A stretch of DNA of 64,000 bases. Source: the human T2T-CHM13v2.0 reference genome, Homo sapiens. Position numbers and translations under genes: made by a program. How positions within the stretch are numbered: position 1 is the stretch's first letter; each line of letters begins with the position of its first letter. Under the pieces are notes generated by a model that was not told the origin of the DNA, made no database searches, and worked only from the letters and a program-made list of their open reading frames with translations. Positions 1 through 18,290 of the stretch are shown here, in pieces. The DNA lies in NCBI RefSeq assembly GCF_009914755.1, contig NC_060928.1. One strand, given 5' to 3'.

Positions 1-506
1 GTCCCAGTTGATTTAGCAGAGATATACTTAAAGACATTAAAGTATACTCCCTTGTCTATAAAATCTTTTAAGCACCCTTGGATTTTAAGATTGAGATTCT
101 TTCATAGATTATATAATGTCAAATTGCCAAAAATATCTTAAATTTCGAAAGATATTTATAATAAAAGAGCCATATATATTAAAGAGCCCACCAATAAAGG
201 GCTACTGTTCTGTATTAGATGATTATAGGTCTAAGGAAAAAAAAAACACAGAACCATTTAAAGTTACTAGAGACTGCAGAATTCTGACACAAGCCTGCAT
301 CCTCTCTGAGAGTCTCCTTTCTGAGCAGAAAGCGTCCACCTATGCCATGGCTGAACAATGTCAGTAACAAGGCATAATACTTTCTACAACATCTCTTTCC
401 AATTCTGGACAACTGAAACTGCTTGAAGGTTCATAAAAGGAAAGTGAAACTTTTCCCCATGGAACTTTCAACCTCTGATCATACCTCATAAAATTATATG
501 GACTAA

Positions 507-861
<355 letters not shown>

Positions 862-1403
862 TCAACCAATGTTAGCAATGTCCATTATTATCAACACAGT
901 TTTACCCTCTGGGGCCAATGATTAATAAGAATTAATTTAAAGACCATTCCACCTCCCCACTTCCCTTCTCTACCACACCTCTGCACTCTCTTATCTAGCC
1001 TCTGCGTTACCAGGTTTTTTTAATAAAACAAGGTTTCAAGCCTATCATTTGCAAAGTATTATATCAACATTCTCTACCAGTCAACTGGGGGAAATAACAC
1101 CCAAAGTTGTCAGATTACATAATTCTAGGTCTTAAAACCAGTAAGTAATAAATCCTGTAAGACTTTGAATGTAAAATGAAAACAGGTCACTGTGGCATCT
1201 TATTTCACATACTACTGAGAAAATTATATTAAGCTGTTATACAACATTTTATTAACTATTAATCACTACTTACATAATTATAATGTTCTGACATGTGAGT
1301 TCACACTGAACCCTGAAAATTAAAAACCTATGAATGCCTTCTGATAAAATTAAGGGTTCAGCATTACTTACACTCAGCGTATTTTTTACACTGCAAGTCT
1401 GAA

Positions 1404-1665
1404 TTTTTTTTTTTTTTTTTTTGAGACAGAGTCTCACTCTGTCACCCAGGCTGTGGTGCAGCGGCGCAACTCGGCTCACTGCAACCTCTGCCTCCTGGGT
1501 TCGAGCAATCCTCGTGCCTCAGACTCAAGAGTAGCTGGGACTCAGGCATGTGCCACCATGCCACTACTTTTAGTAGACACAGAGTTTTGCCATGTTGGCC
1601 AAGCTGGTCTTGAACTCTTCACCTCCCAAAGTACTGGGATTACAGGTGTGAGCCACCATGCCCAG
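1404..1665 (-). mobile_element. Alu (old, internally deleted)
   Basis: Poly-T followed by gagacagagtctcactct...gtgagccaccatgccc. Confidence 0.9.
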
Positions 1666-2057
1666 ACTGAATTTTTTTTCTTTTAATTTATAGGGAGTTA
1701 CCCATCACAGAAACCACTATTAATCACAACACCCCCAATTCCCTGACCATGTCAGACAAAGCCCACTCTTAGTATGCAAGGGCCTTGTCCAGGTCATCTT
1801 TCCATCCCCCACAGCTCAGCGTCTTATCCATCATAGTAGCTTTCTAAATGTCCAAATAAATGCAAAACATAAAATAGCCTAGAAAACAACATAACTGAAT
1901 ATAACTAGATTAAGTTCAATAGAGAAGTTTTTTTAATAAGTGTTATTTTCATAACCCGCATTAAGATCCAGCCTGTGAAATTCTACTAGAACACTTCTAA
2001 AAGCCAAAATGTAAAACCAAGTCAAGACACCATTACATGTTTGAAATTACAAGTTAC

Positions 2058-2141
2058 CGCTTCAAATTTCTCTCTGTTCTCTCGAAGATAGTGAATACAG
2101 GCCATTCTGACTTCAACATGGCGAGACTGAGAGTGCAATAC
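2058..2141 (-). CDS. OTUD4: OTUD4 coding exon 2 (aa 54-81)
   Basis: Acceptor ttttctttttag|, 84 bp encoding VLHSQSRHVEVRMACIHYLRENREKFEA, donor GCG|GTAACT; in frame with exon 1. The rest of the gene lies beyond position 1. Confidence 0.96.
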
Positions 2142-2922
2142 CTAAAAAGAAAAGGCAACAAACACACTATTAAGCATTTAGTTAAAAGTTACAACCTAAT
2201 GTCTTCTTTTACACCCAAAATAATCTGACAACCAATAGATTATCAGTCTTTCTCCATTTCCCTTTCTATAATTTCGATATCTTTACTCATTCCTACCTCT
2301 TCTTCTAACTAAGCACAGCGAAGACATGACATATACAAACAATACTACTTCTTAAGCCAAATTTGTAAAGAATTTATTAGCCTTTCTCCTTTAGGACATT
2401 TTTGTAAATTTAGGACACTCTCTTCCCTTGGCCTTCCCTCCACAATAACTTTACTCTTCACAAAGAAGAGCTAACAAAATCCATGCTACGCCACGCTCAA
2501 CTTCATCCTATACATATTGAAAAAGACAAACTGGCAACTTCTGTAGGAATGTATTTTGAGGCTTTCAGCCTGTAAGAGGCCGATTTATTTTTCCCATTAA
2601 TTCTGAATCCACTTAGAGGCTCTGTGTAAAAATTTAAGTCCACTATGGTTTCAGAAAAATTAAGGCACTCATTCTTTCCTTGGTGATCAAGCTTATAAGA
2701 CAAGAAAGAACATCCAAAGTAGGCAGCATAGGGGGTGCAAAAATGTTGTGTGGTATCATCCCAAGAGGTTTGGGGTTTGTTTTTATGCCCTAAATTGTAA
2801 AGTACCAACCTACAAAGTATGATCCAGATCCTCTCACTCTGCAGTTTACATTTTCTTCTATTAAACAACCAGTTCAACAAAAAGATAACTTACTGGCATG
2901 TGGTCTTTTACCAAAATTCTAA

Positions 2923-3594
<672 letters not shown>

Positions 3595-3801
3595 TAGCTC
3601 CCAATTATTTAACATGCTTAAAGGAGATTAAAATTCTTTTCTATTACTGGGTATCTCAAATAAAGATATTCCTGTACCGTAAAGGGTTATGGTTTAAAAA
3701 AAAAAAACTCAGACACACTTAAAGTAACACATTTCAAACTACCATCAAGGCCTCTTGAGAATTTATATTAATAGAAAGTATCTTTAAAAGTTACAGATCC
3801 T

Positions 3802-4206
<405 letters not shown>

Positions 4207-6999
4207 TCACAACCAAGGCTCATTTATACCCACAGAACCGGCACAACTGCCTGGACGCCTAGTATGTCCTATTACGCTGAGATACACTGAAAATGCACCT
4301 GTTGAGGTTAGCAATTAGTTTGTTTTCAGTGTAATAACTGGTTTTCAGTTTAACTGATTCTACCTTCACTGCTGTTCTTGGACACTATTAAACTATATTC
4401 TTATATATTCTAAGAGTATGTGACCAAAAAGGACTATCTATATATAAAAATAACCACCGTAGAATTTTTTTGCCAATTCAACAAATGACATTTAGCAACA
4501 CTTCTTTCACAGAAGCTATGTTAGACACTATCATGAATCAAGGTATTACTCGTATGAATAAACCACAGTGTCATCTGATAGGGCTTTCCTCTGCCATTAG
4601 CAACGTGGAGCTAGTCTTAAAGCCATTTACCTAGCAACAGGTGGCAAACATAAGTTAGTAAAGCTTATTTTCAATCAAAAGCAATGGTAGGCATATCTAC
4701 TGGTTCTTCTCTTTTAACAAAGATTTTGGCACATACAATCTATCTGAACCTGTTGCTCAGAAGCAAAACTCTTAGCAACTTCTATAAAGTGTGAGAGTGC
4801 TGGTAATTCACAAAGTCAAGCACTGCAAGAAAAGCAAGGTTAAATGACAACTGTCTAAAATGTAAATTATTGTGCAAGGTTGATAACACTTCGAAAGAAT
4901 TAAAGTAGTATGACAAATATCTCTGCAAATTAATATATACATGAAAGCAAACTAGAAGGCTTTCCCATTTTTACTTGGGACAAGATAGTGATAAATACTG
5001 GGAAAGGCTGAGACACTGTTTTAGCAAGTCCTCCAAGACTGCCCTATTTTTAGCTCCATGGCTGTGGAGCTGATTCAGGTCAGGCCTCCGGCAGGCCCAA
5101 ATCCGTAAGTGTAAAAAGGAAATGGCCTATCTAAATCAGATAATTTGGAGAGAAAGACCAAAATCCTAACTCGAGTCTCCTCCCCGTCTTTAAAAACTGC
5201 CACTTAGATTATTTACTTTGATTCCTTCTTAGAAATGATGAGTATTTGTGATTTTATAGGAGAAATTGTTGGCAAAAAATATAAATTATTGGTACACATT
5301 TTAAAAGGGAAGCCTGACGCTGGTATTACTTCCTTTTTCCCACACACACACACTTTGCCTTTGGCGATGATGGCTATAACTGTAGCCTACTGAATAACTG
5401 AACTTCCCCCAAAGTTCAAGGTCTTCAGCTAAGCTCATCAGACTAAAACTGAGTCACATAACTGGGAAGGGTAGTCCCTTATGCCTAACCTAAACCCCAT
5501 TACAAAATACAATAAAATGTGTTACCTGATGTAACAAAGAGTTCTTAGTGTAAACTAGCTCTTGCCCCTTTTCTACTTAAAAACAGAGATCCCACTATAA
5601 TAAAAGAGGCTTCTGTATAATCAAGGCCACCGAGTATCTATGGTATGCACTACGGAAATCAGGCACACCCTTCTGCTTCAATATAAACTAGGACTCAAGA
5701 TAACTCAAATCCAAGTAAGCGCCAAGCTTCCCTTACCGCCATTTATTTCTACCTCCTTGCTTACCAAACTCTTGCTAGGTCTAACAGTACGTTATAAATA
5801 CGGGCTGAATTCACTTCCACCTCTTCCCTAGGCTTCTGGAGGTGCTGAGGAGTCCAAGGAAGCAGGACAGACAGAGATTCAGAAAATTCACAAATGGGGC
5901 AGACTATTTACCTACTAACAATAAGGACCGGAGGCAGTGGGTGGCTGTGAACATACCCCACAGCAACACTGAAAATGAGAAACGGACAGAGCCTGGTTTG
6001 GGGAGCTTTTGGAAGAATTTTTCAATGACAATGTCCGCAACATAAAGCAACGGTTTGTGTCCGTTAAATCAATTTCTTGTTTTAAAGAAAGATTTTACGC
6101 TACCTATGGTAAATAAATGGCTTGCCTTTCAATGTTTAAAAATGAGAACAGACTGGCCTCCACATGTTAAGTAAAACATTTACTCACAAATAGAAATTTT
6201 AAAAGTTATTTAGCATTCAAAAAAGGTGAGGGAAAAGAAAACAGAAACATCATAAAAACCCCACAGGCGGGTAGGGAGGGGTGTGCAATGGGGTGTGGGG
6301 AGCAGGTCCTAGGTCAAAGGAAAGCACATGTGAATCGTCTGAAAGACACACCAGAGCAGAAACTTTTATCCAGCTACTTCGGCAGCTATTTTTCAATATA
6401 GGATGGGTTTTGGTGACTGCACACCTACAACACACAGTGTTATATAACATGGAATAAGCTCGCTCAAAAAAAAAAATTCAGAAAAATCTTCCTGAGCAAC
6501 TGTGTTAGAAAATGGTTTTGAAAAGCTCCAGTTACACGTACCCTTTCTACTACCAACATCAAAACAGGCTTTTTTAAAAAAGTCAGTTCTGTTTAGTATA
6601 CCTACACAGCCCAGCAGAGCATAATAAAGGGTGGAACCTACTCAAGACAAATCCTTCAAAATATTCTATATTTGTAAAAGGCTGGTTTTCTCAAACGGCA
6701 GTTTGCCCATTTGATTCAAGTGACATGGGCGAGCTTGCCTACCCTACATTCCAAAGTCCAGCAGCAAACCAAAATATGTTCCACAAGTAAAGTTTGATCC
6801 ACCACTTCTAGTAAACACTTGGTTTACTGGAGTGGGGTGAGCGTGGTGCTTCTCAAACGAAGGGAAGGAAGGTGAATGCGGAACAAAAGTAAAAAATATC
6901 ATGTCGCCAGGTCCCCAGCAATAAATCAACTGTACAAGCTCCGAGCAGGCCTCACAAGTTGTCCTCAACTCATTACCTCTTCATCAGGAGAGAGACACC

Positions 7000-8460
7000 C
7001 CGTTAATTTGCGGGCTTTCGAGTTTCAATTTGCACCTTTCAGACGCAAAGCAGCGTCCCACTCCGGCGTTACAATGGGGCGCTGTGACGACAGCCAGGGC
7101 ACGCGCAGCCCCGGCCGTGGGCGGCCCGGACAGCCCGCAGCTGCCTCCCCACCCAGACCCGCCGGGCCGTCCCCGCCTCCCCTCGAAGCCCTCCCCGCCC
7201 CCCCGCAATTACCTGCTCCGCCACGGCCCGGAACAGGCACGACCCGTCCTTGGCGACCAGTTTCCGATACAAGCCCAGTTTCCGCAGATAGGCGTCCATG
7301 GGCGTCGCGTCCTCGCGGGGCCCCGCGCCGCCCTGGTCCCCGCCGTCGGGGACGCCGACGGCAGCCTCCATGTTGCTGGTCCTGCTGCAGGCCAGGCGCG
7401 GCGAGGGCTAGCCCCACATGGCCAGGCCGCCGGCTGCTCGACGCCCCGGCCTGGGGCAGGCGGCGGCTCGGGCTGGGGCTCGGGCTCCGCGAGCGGCGGC
7501 AGGCGGCGGCGGCCCGAGGCAGCGGTCCGCGCTCTCCGGGCGCATAGGGAAGCCCTGCCTAATGCATGGCTGTCCGCACGCGGCCGCCTCCTCGGAGCGA
7601 ACACGCGCCCACGACAAACGGGGGGAGCGGGATTAAGGAAAACCCCGAGAGTGAGTAGTCACTTCCCGACGGCCTCGCTGCCTGACTCAGGACCCAGGCC
7701 GGGGGTCGCCGCCCCCACAAGTTTCCTCCTCCGTACCGGTGTGAAGCGAGAAAACCCCCGCCCCTGGCGCGCACGCTGGGCCGGCTCAGGTGAAGCGGGG
7801 CCTGCGCCCCCGCGCACTCCCCACGCCGGGAGCCGAGGAAACCAAAAAGAAAGACGCGGCCTTTCGTTTCCCCACCTCGCTGGAGGGCGCCGGAGGGGCA
7901 GGGAGCGGGTGGGGGCGCCCGGGAGAGAACAGCACCTCGCAGCCCAGAATTTGTTTTCGCTTTCGGCCCGACAGCGGAGAGGACGGCGGGAGATGTAGTC
8001 TTGGCAGCCGCAGGAAGTCGGCTTGCGGCGGGCGGGGACGCGCTGGCCGGCCTACCCGGGGGAGGTGCCCGGGAGGCGCGCGGACTACAAGTCCCTACAG
8101 CGCGGGCGCGCCGCCGCCACCGCCACCGCCCCAAGCCGGCTTCGCGCTGCACTGGCGCCGCGTCCGCGAGCAGGCCGAGGGGCTCCGCCGGCCGATGTGG
8201 GGCGACCTGCGCGCGCCACCCGCCAACCCTGCCGCTGCGCCGCGGGAATCGCGCGCGCCGGGCTGGCGTGGAGTTGCCAGGGACACGGCGGCGCAGTGTC
8301 GGCCCTTTGTGTATTTCTTTCCAGAGGGCGCACCTGTCTGCTCCCTTCCCCCCGGCCTGCTCTCCTGGTGTTTCCATGGAGGTGGCTTTAACGGCTTAAG
8401 CAGAAAATAGAGCTAATTGGCTGAGGCTCCGGGAACTGGCACGGTGCGGGACGACACACT
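7000..8460. promoter_or_regulatory. OTUD4: CpG island / OTUD4 promoter and 5'UTR
   Basis: Very GC- and CpG-rich stretch with GC boxes (GGGCGG/CCGCCC) surrounding exon 1, against an AT-rich, CpG-depleted background. Confidence 0.93.
7213..7371 (-). CDS. OTUD4: OTUD4 coding exon 1 (aa 1-53), N-terminal part of the OTU deubiquitinase domain
   Basis: Translates [53 protein letters not shown], containing the OTU Cys-loop D42-G-S-C45-L-F-R-A. ATG at 7371-7369 in strong Kozak context (aacATGG); ends at donor CAG|GTAATT, phase 0. Confidence 0.97.
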
Positions 8461-9245
8461 CTGTCCATAAATCAACCGTGGACTGCTGATTGCTATTAGT
8501 AGTACAGCTCACGTACTACGGCAAGATGAAGGCTTTGCCAAAGACATTTTTGTTCACCCTGTCACTGTAGCTGAGCACCCCATCACAGAGACATGTCACT
8601 GTCGGAAGACGTTAGGGTTTTTTTTTCCCCCTTAAAAAATTCATCTTGTAAATTGCTTGATAACATGCTGACTGGACTGGCCATGGCTTCCACCAGTGCT
8701 CGAGGCTTCAGCTCAACTTCCCACCCTCCGACGTTGAATGGCAGGGAATTGACAAAGTTAAATTATGCTTTAGAACCCAGAATTTATCCAGCATGCTTCT
8801 GTTGCACCAGAATTTTATTTTGCTAAGATACAACATCTGGTGTCCTTATTTAAATACATGGTTAATCATAGGAACTAATTCAGTCTTTTAGGCTATGGTG
8901 GAGGAGAGGGAGAAGAAAAGGGAGCATTACTATAGGTTTAGACATGTAGTCAAATACCTTGGAATGGGGGGCAAGGCAGGCCAGGTGGTGAGAGTCCAAC
9001 GACAAAAATTTTTTAAAAACTACGTTAGACACTTTTCAGTATTTTCAGTGCAAGCAATCAGTCATGTATTCACTTTCCTTGGAGCGTCTTTGATTTCTTA
9101 ATGTTTAAATATTGTATCTCAAATTATGCTGCTTTTAGAGAATACAAACGTTATCGTTACCTAAATGAAAAAATGTCCCTGCCTCAAATTTACTTGTTGT
9201 AGCGAAGAAACACTTTGAAATCAGGTTTAGAAAAGTATAGTTTCA

Positions 9246-9555
<310 letters not shown>

Positions 9556-10373
9556 CGGAAAAGAAAAATATAGCTTCAAGTCAAACCTGTTGCTTTTCTT
9601 TTTAAAATACACTTACATTGCATATACTTCTCATTCTTCTCAAAAAAAAAAAAATTCCTGAGTATTGCCACTACTTAAAACATGGATCGCCCTTGTTTTT
9701 GAGTTTAAAAGCTTGCCTTTTAAACTCAAAGAGAAACTCAAAGTAATATCTAAACTCCTGCTGAATGAATGTAGAACAACCTCACTCTAAGCTGGCTGCT
9801 TCTGGTTCCAAAATTAGAAGTGATGCACCTGTTATATCTGACCCTGGGCCTGTTTAAGGAAATCCTTTAGGTATTTTGAGACTTAATCCAAGACAGACCC
9901 TCTGTATGCCAACTTCCCAAATATAGCTCAGCGTTAAGGCAATATTAGAGGATCCTATGTCTTTAAACTGCACCAAAACTTAGAGAAACTCACTTAACTT
10001 TCAAAGGATCTTTGCTTGTTGACATTAACTTCTGAACCTTTTCAAGAAACCAAACCAGAGTTGATGAATGTTTATTCTAAGGAAGCCATTTCTGACTGTG
10101 TGAAGAACTCTAAACAGACATCATTTTAATCAAATAATACCTGAAAGATTCAATGCTTTTGAGACCTAATGAAATTATAAAATTAAACTTATGCAAAGGA
10201 GTCAACCAACTTTTTTCTTCTTGTGCAAAGTCAATGCCTTAAGTTTGTTTACTCTGACAAACTTTAGGGCTAATAATTGTACTAGATAGAATTTTTTAAA
10301 TTGTTTTTAAACTTCATAGATTGATAGATTTTATGGAGTTTTGTTTTTTCCAACAATACCTAAGGTTAGGTAT

Positions 10374-10901
10374 TGTAGTAGGCAGCCTCTAAAATGCCCC
10401 ACTCCCGACCCCCACCAAGTGATTCCCACTTCCTGGTATTCACACTCATATAATCACCTCCACCTTGTAACAGGATTGGTCTGAGTGACCAATAGAATAG
10501 AGCAAAAGTAGTGGTATGTCACTTCTGAGATTAGGTTATAAGAGACATTTTTGGCATTTTGATTGGCCTCTCATACTCCCTGTCTCATGGGTCACTCATG
10601 CTGGTGGAACCTGGCTGCTATGTGTCAGATTTACAGAGAGGTTCCCCTTGTAAGAAACTGGAGCCTGCTTTCCTCCAGCAGTCATGTGAGTCAGCTTTGA
10701 AGCGAATCCTCCAGCCCAGTCAGGTTTTCAGACAACTCCAGCGTTGGCCAAAATCTTGACTACAACCTCAGGAGAAACCCTGGCCAGAACTACCCAGATA
10801 AGCTCTGAAATTCTTGACCTCAGAAACTGGGTGAGATAGTGTTTATTTTAAGCTCCTAAATTTAGTCGTAATTTGTTACATGGCAATAGATAAATAATAC
10901 A
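10374..10901 (+). mobile_element. MaLR LTR (MLT1-family)
   Basis: Starts tgtagtaggcagcctctaaaatg; ends with the MLT1-type tail tttgttacatggcaatagataaataataca. Confidence 0.75.
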
Positions 10902-11404
10902 GATATAATTCTTCATTATTTGTCTTTACTAGATAGAGAATGAATGCATTTTGACAATTCGTGAAAATAATCACTAGTTTAGTATCCGTGGTTGTACCAG
11001 TTCTCTGAATTCTAAAGATGAAAAGGTAAGTTATTTTACCAAAGAGTCAAAATAGTAAGTAATAGGATTTCTTTTGAATCTATGAAATCTCTTACAAAAA
11101 TAGAGTAACCTAAGAATGTCTTTATTGCCACATAGCATTGTTTCATTTTCTACAAAAATTCAAGTAATGGAATCCTACTCAAAAAATGTATTTTATGAAG
11201 AAAGACCTGTTTCTTCTGGATCTTATCTGCCAGAGGCTGCTAATTGTCGTTCTCCACTTCCCATTTGATTTCCCCTGAGTTTTTGCTGGGCCCATGGGCA
11301 CCCAACTTTGGGCTATATCTCCCAGCTACCTTAGAACTAAATGTGACCCTGTGATTGTGTTTAGGTCAATGGGATGTAAGCAGAATTATTTAACTTCCAG
11401 CTCA

Positions 11405-12268
<864 letters not shown>

Positions 12269-12377
12269 TTAGTCTATGTATTCTAGCACATTTCCCCCTC
12301 AAATATTAAATAAGTGATAACATTTGGGACAAATTAAATTTATTTATAAGAGTTTCTGAGTTGAGCAGAACATAATT

Positions 12378-12662
12378 CTTTTTTTTTTTCTTTTGAGACA
12401 GAGTCTGTCACCCAGGCTGGAGTGCAGTGGCACCATCACGGCTCACCTCCCCAGGCTCAGGTGATCTTCCTACCTTAGCCTCCAAAGTAGCTGGGACTAC
12501 AGGTGTGCACCCCCACTCCCAGCTAATATTTTGTGTGTTTTTAGTAGAGATGGGTTTTCGCCATGTTGCCCCAGCTGGTCTCAAACTCCTGAGTACAAGC
12601 AATCCTCCTGCCCCAGCCTCCAAAAGTGCTGAGATTACAGGCGTGAGCCACCACACCTGGCC
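12378..12662 (-). mobile_element. Alu (AluJ-like)
   Basis: Diverged Alu with TSD CATAATTCTTTTTT. Confidence 0.9.
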
Positions 12663-15171
12663 CATAATTCTTTTTTCTGAGAAGTTAGGGAATTGCCAAA
12701 GTCTTAATTGCAAGATTCCAAATGTTAAAGGGCTTCAAAATATGAAGTTTTAACATCGAAATAATGGTGTTATTTCAACTAATGACTTTCTCCCTCACCA
12801 ACCCACATTCCCCTTCAGCTGCTACATTTGATGGTGTTGACCACCTTTTCATTTTGTTACTCTCCTTCACCTTTTGTAAGGTGAGATATCTTGTGTAGTC
12901 AAGCTATTTAAATATCTTGTCTTGATTATATCTCCTTTGCTGATTCCTTTTCTCCCCCACTCCCCATCTCCTAAATGTGGGGGTGCCCCAGGTCTCAAGT
13001 TTTAACTTTATTTAGCCCTGTTCTCTTTTTCAAGCTTTAATGTCTTATCTCTAGTCCATGCAGGACATTTCCATCTAAAACACATTTCTAAAAGTAAACT
13101 CATTTTTCCCTTAAAACCATCCCCCTCAAGCACTCTAACATCAAGCATTGGGTTTAAATAGTAGATACTCAAAAAACACAACATTTGCTGAATGATTTAA
13201 TGATGTATCATTTATTATGGTAGATAGCTCTTGTTTTTGCTTAATCGTTATCCATTCTCTGTGGAATAGATGAGAAACAATAAGGAGTTATAGTCAAGGT
13301 GATAAAAACCAACTTTTTGCAAATGAAATAATTTAGTTAAATGCTCAGGAAAATCAGGAAAAAACTGGTGTGATGGGACTACATTTCCAATTTATATTTT
13401 GGAGGAATGATCATTCAGAAAAATAATCTTATCTGTAAATTTACAACAGAATGAAATGATAGGAGAGAATGTATGCTATAGCTTTTGTGTTTCATTTGCA
13501 AGCTATCACAAGGAGGAACTGGCTGGTAGTAGTAAAAGATTTTACCTAGTAAGCTTATGATTCTATACGCATTGCCCACCTTCTCTGGTAACTTGGAATA
13601 TCAACCTTAGCAAAGTCCTTCACAAGCCTTCCAAGTCTTCAATACTATACATTCCTGCATAGCAGAAAATAACATTGCATGAGTTAGTTTACCTTTTCCT
13701 TGCTAGAGCAAAAGGATCAAAAGAATTACAGAGGGGAGACTTCATCTCCCAAAATGGGAAGCAAATACTTCTTACTGCAGGAGAGTGTTTGAAGATCAAG
13801 GCTTGAAAGAAAAGAAGACCACTTTTCTTAGTTTTTAAAGTAATTTTTAAAATTTCACTCTGGCTTAATGGTCATCAAGATCAATTCAAAAAATTACAAA
13901 AGAAAAAAAAAAGGAAAGAAGGAAGGAAGTACAAGGAAGGGTAAAGGGGCCAGGACCCTGGTGCCATCTATTAGCCAAGTGAGCTAACCTAGAGAAGGAC
14001 CTTGCAAGGGGCTTGGCTGCAAATGCTCAGATATCTGTCTTTTCTAGCTCACCATCCAGCCTCCGCATGAGGGAGCATCTCTTGTTGGCCATGCTACTTA
14101 ACTGTACCAGCACTTCGTAGCTTGACTGCTCTGTAGTACCAAAGTTGGTATATGCCATGAGATCCTTACTCAATCCTAGTAGAGAAAAAAGAGCCCCCAT
14201 CTGCACTTTAGACAGATGAACTGAATAAGTTTCAAACCCCAGAGCTAGGACTGCAGTCCTGAGACCCTATAACCTGTATGACTAGAGAAGTGAAACTATG
14301 ATTTAGTTTCTTATTAGAGCTTCGACTTCCGTATATTCCTATGCCTAAGCTGGATGAACTAATAAACCTCACAGTAGACTGAGGCTCTTACACAAGTAGC
14401 TAGTAGCTAGTCATAGTCCATCATCTCTGCAAATAAAACCTCCACGTACTTCCAACCATTTACCTCTCCTTCCACCACTACCTCTTGATTCCACCCTGAC
14501 AGAAGCAAACTTGCAAAGTCCCATTGCAAGGTATTTACTTTAGCTCCCCAAATAGGATTGTAAACTCTTTGTAGGCTTGTAGAATTTAAGATTCTTTTTT
14601 TCTTTTTCAAGTGTCTAATAGTATATTTGCTTTTGCATATTCAGATTAAAAATTCAATGAATATTCATTAAATGATTTCATGTATTCCCAATGAAATGCT
14701 CAAAGAAGAAAGTATTTCAAATGAAAATACATAAATAACCACAGGTTATGGAACCTCAACCTGTAGGTTGAGGTCTAAATATTTGATATAGAACAGTGGA
14801 CCAAGATTATATGTTAAGTAATACTTAATACCATCTTCCTAACCAAACAAATTGAAGATAATCTAAATAGAGAATTGGTCAAACACATTCTAATATGTCA
14901 ATACAATTAGAATACAGTACTATTCAGCCTTTAAATACAATGTGTCTGTTTCTGTGTGTGTGTCATATCACAATCATCCAGAAAACTGTATAAAACCACA
15001 GATTATTGAAATTGAAGGTAGAAGATGGTGATGAATTAGTCTAATATCAGTCACAAATTAATGATTGTACAACTTAGGTGATGAGCACACGTGAGTTCAT
15101 TATACTGTTCCTTTTACTTTGTATGTGTTTGGAATTTTCTATAACAAAAAAGTTTAAAAACAGGGTTTTTA

Positions 15172-15501
<330 letters not shown>

Positions 15502-15908
15502 TCAATTTTCCTGTCTCAGAATGACCAGGAATGGTACACAGGAATCTGTGTTTTTTTCAGTTTCTCCCCAGGTGATTCTGAAGGTCAGCCAGCATTTGGG
15601 AGCATCTGAAAATTGGGATAGGGGAGGCACCAACCCAAGAAAAGGAAATTATAAATTTTTAAATTAATATAAGCAAATAGACTGTGACCTGCATCCCAAG
15701 TTTATAATTCCTGTTCTAGATCACCAGGAAAAATTTCTGAAGACTCCAATCTTAATATTGCACATTGTTTTATTTATAATACCATCTGCAAAGACATCTA
15801 AAGATAAAATTGTATTTTTGAGATGGTTGTAAAATGTAGTATCAATATTTTTACATTAAAGTAAAAACATACAATAAGGCATTGTTAACAAAATATGCAA
15901 ATATGTAG

Positions 15909-16736
<828 letters not shown>

Positions 16737-16784
16737 CGGAACATATTACTCTTAAAAGCACTGTAAAACCTGAGTAAAATAATT

Positions 16785-18290
<1,506 letters not shown>

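Noticed and set aside
6876-8410. Many long overlapping ORFs (up to 322 aa) on both strands
   Set aside because: They are a by-product of stop-poor, GC-rich CpG-island sequence with Arg/Pro/Gly/Ala-rich translations; only OTUD4 exon 1 has a recognisable domain and splice donor.
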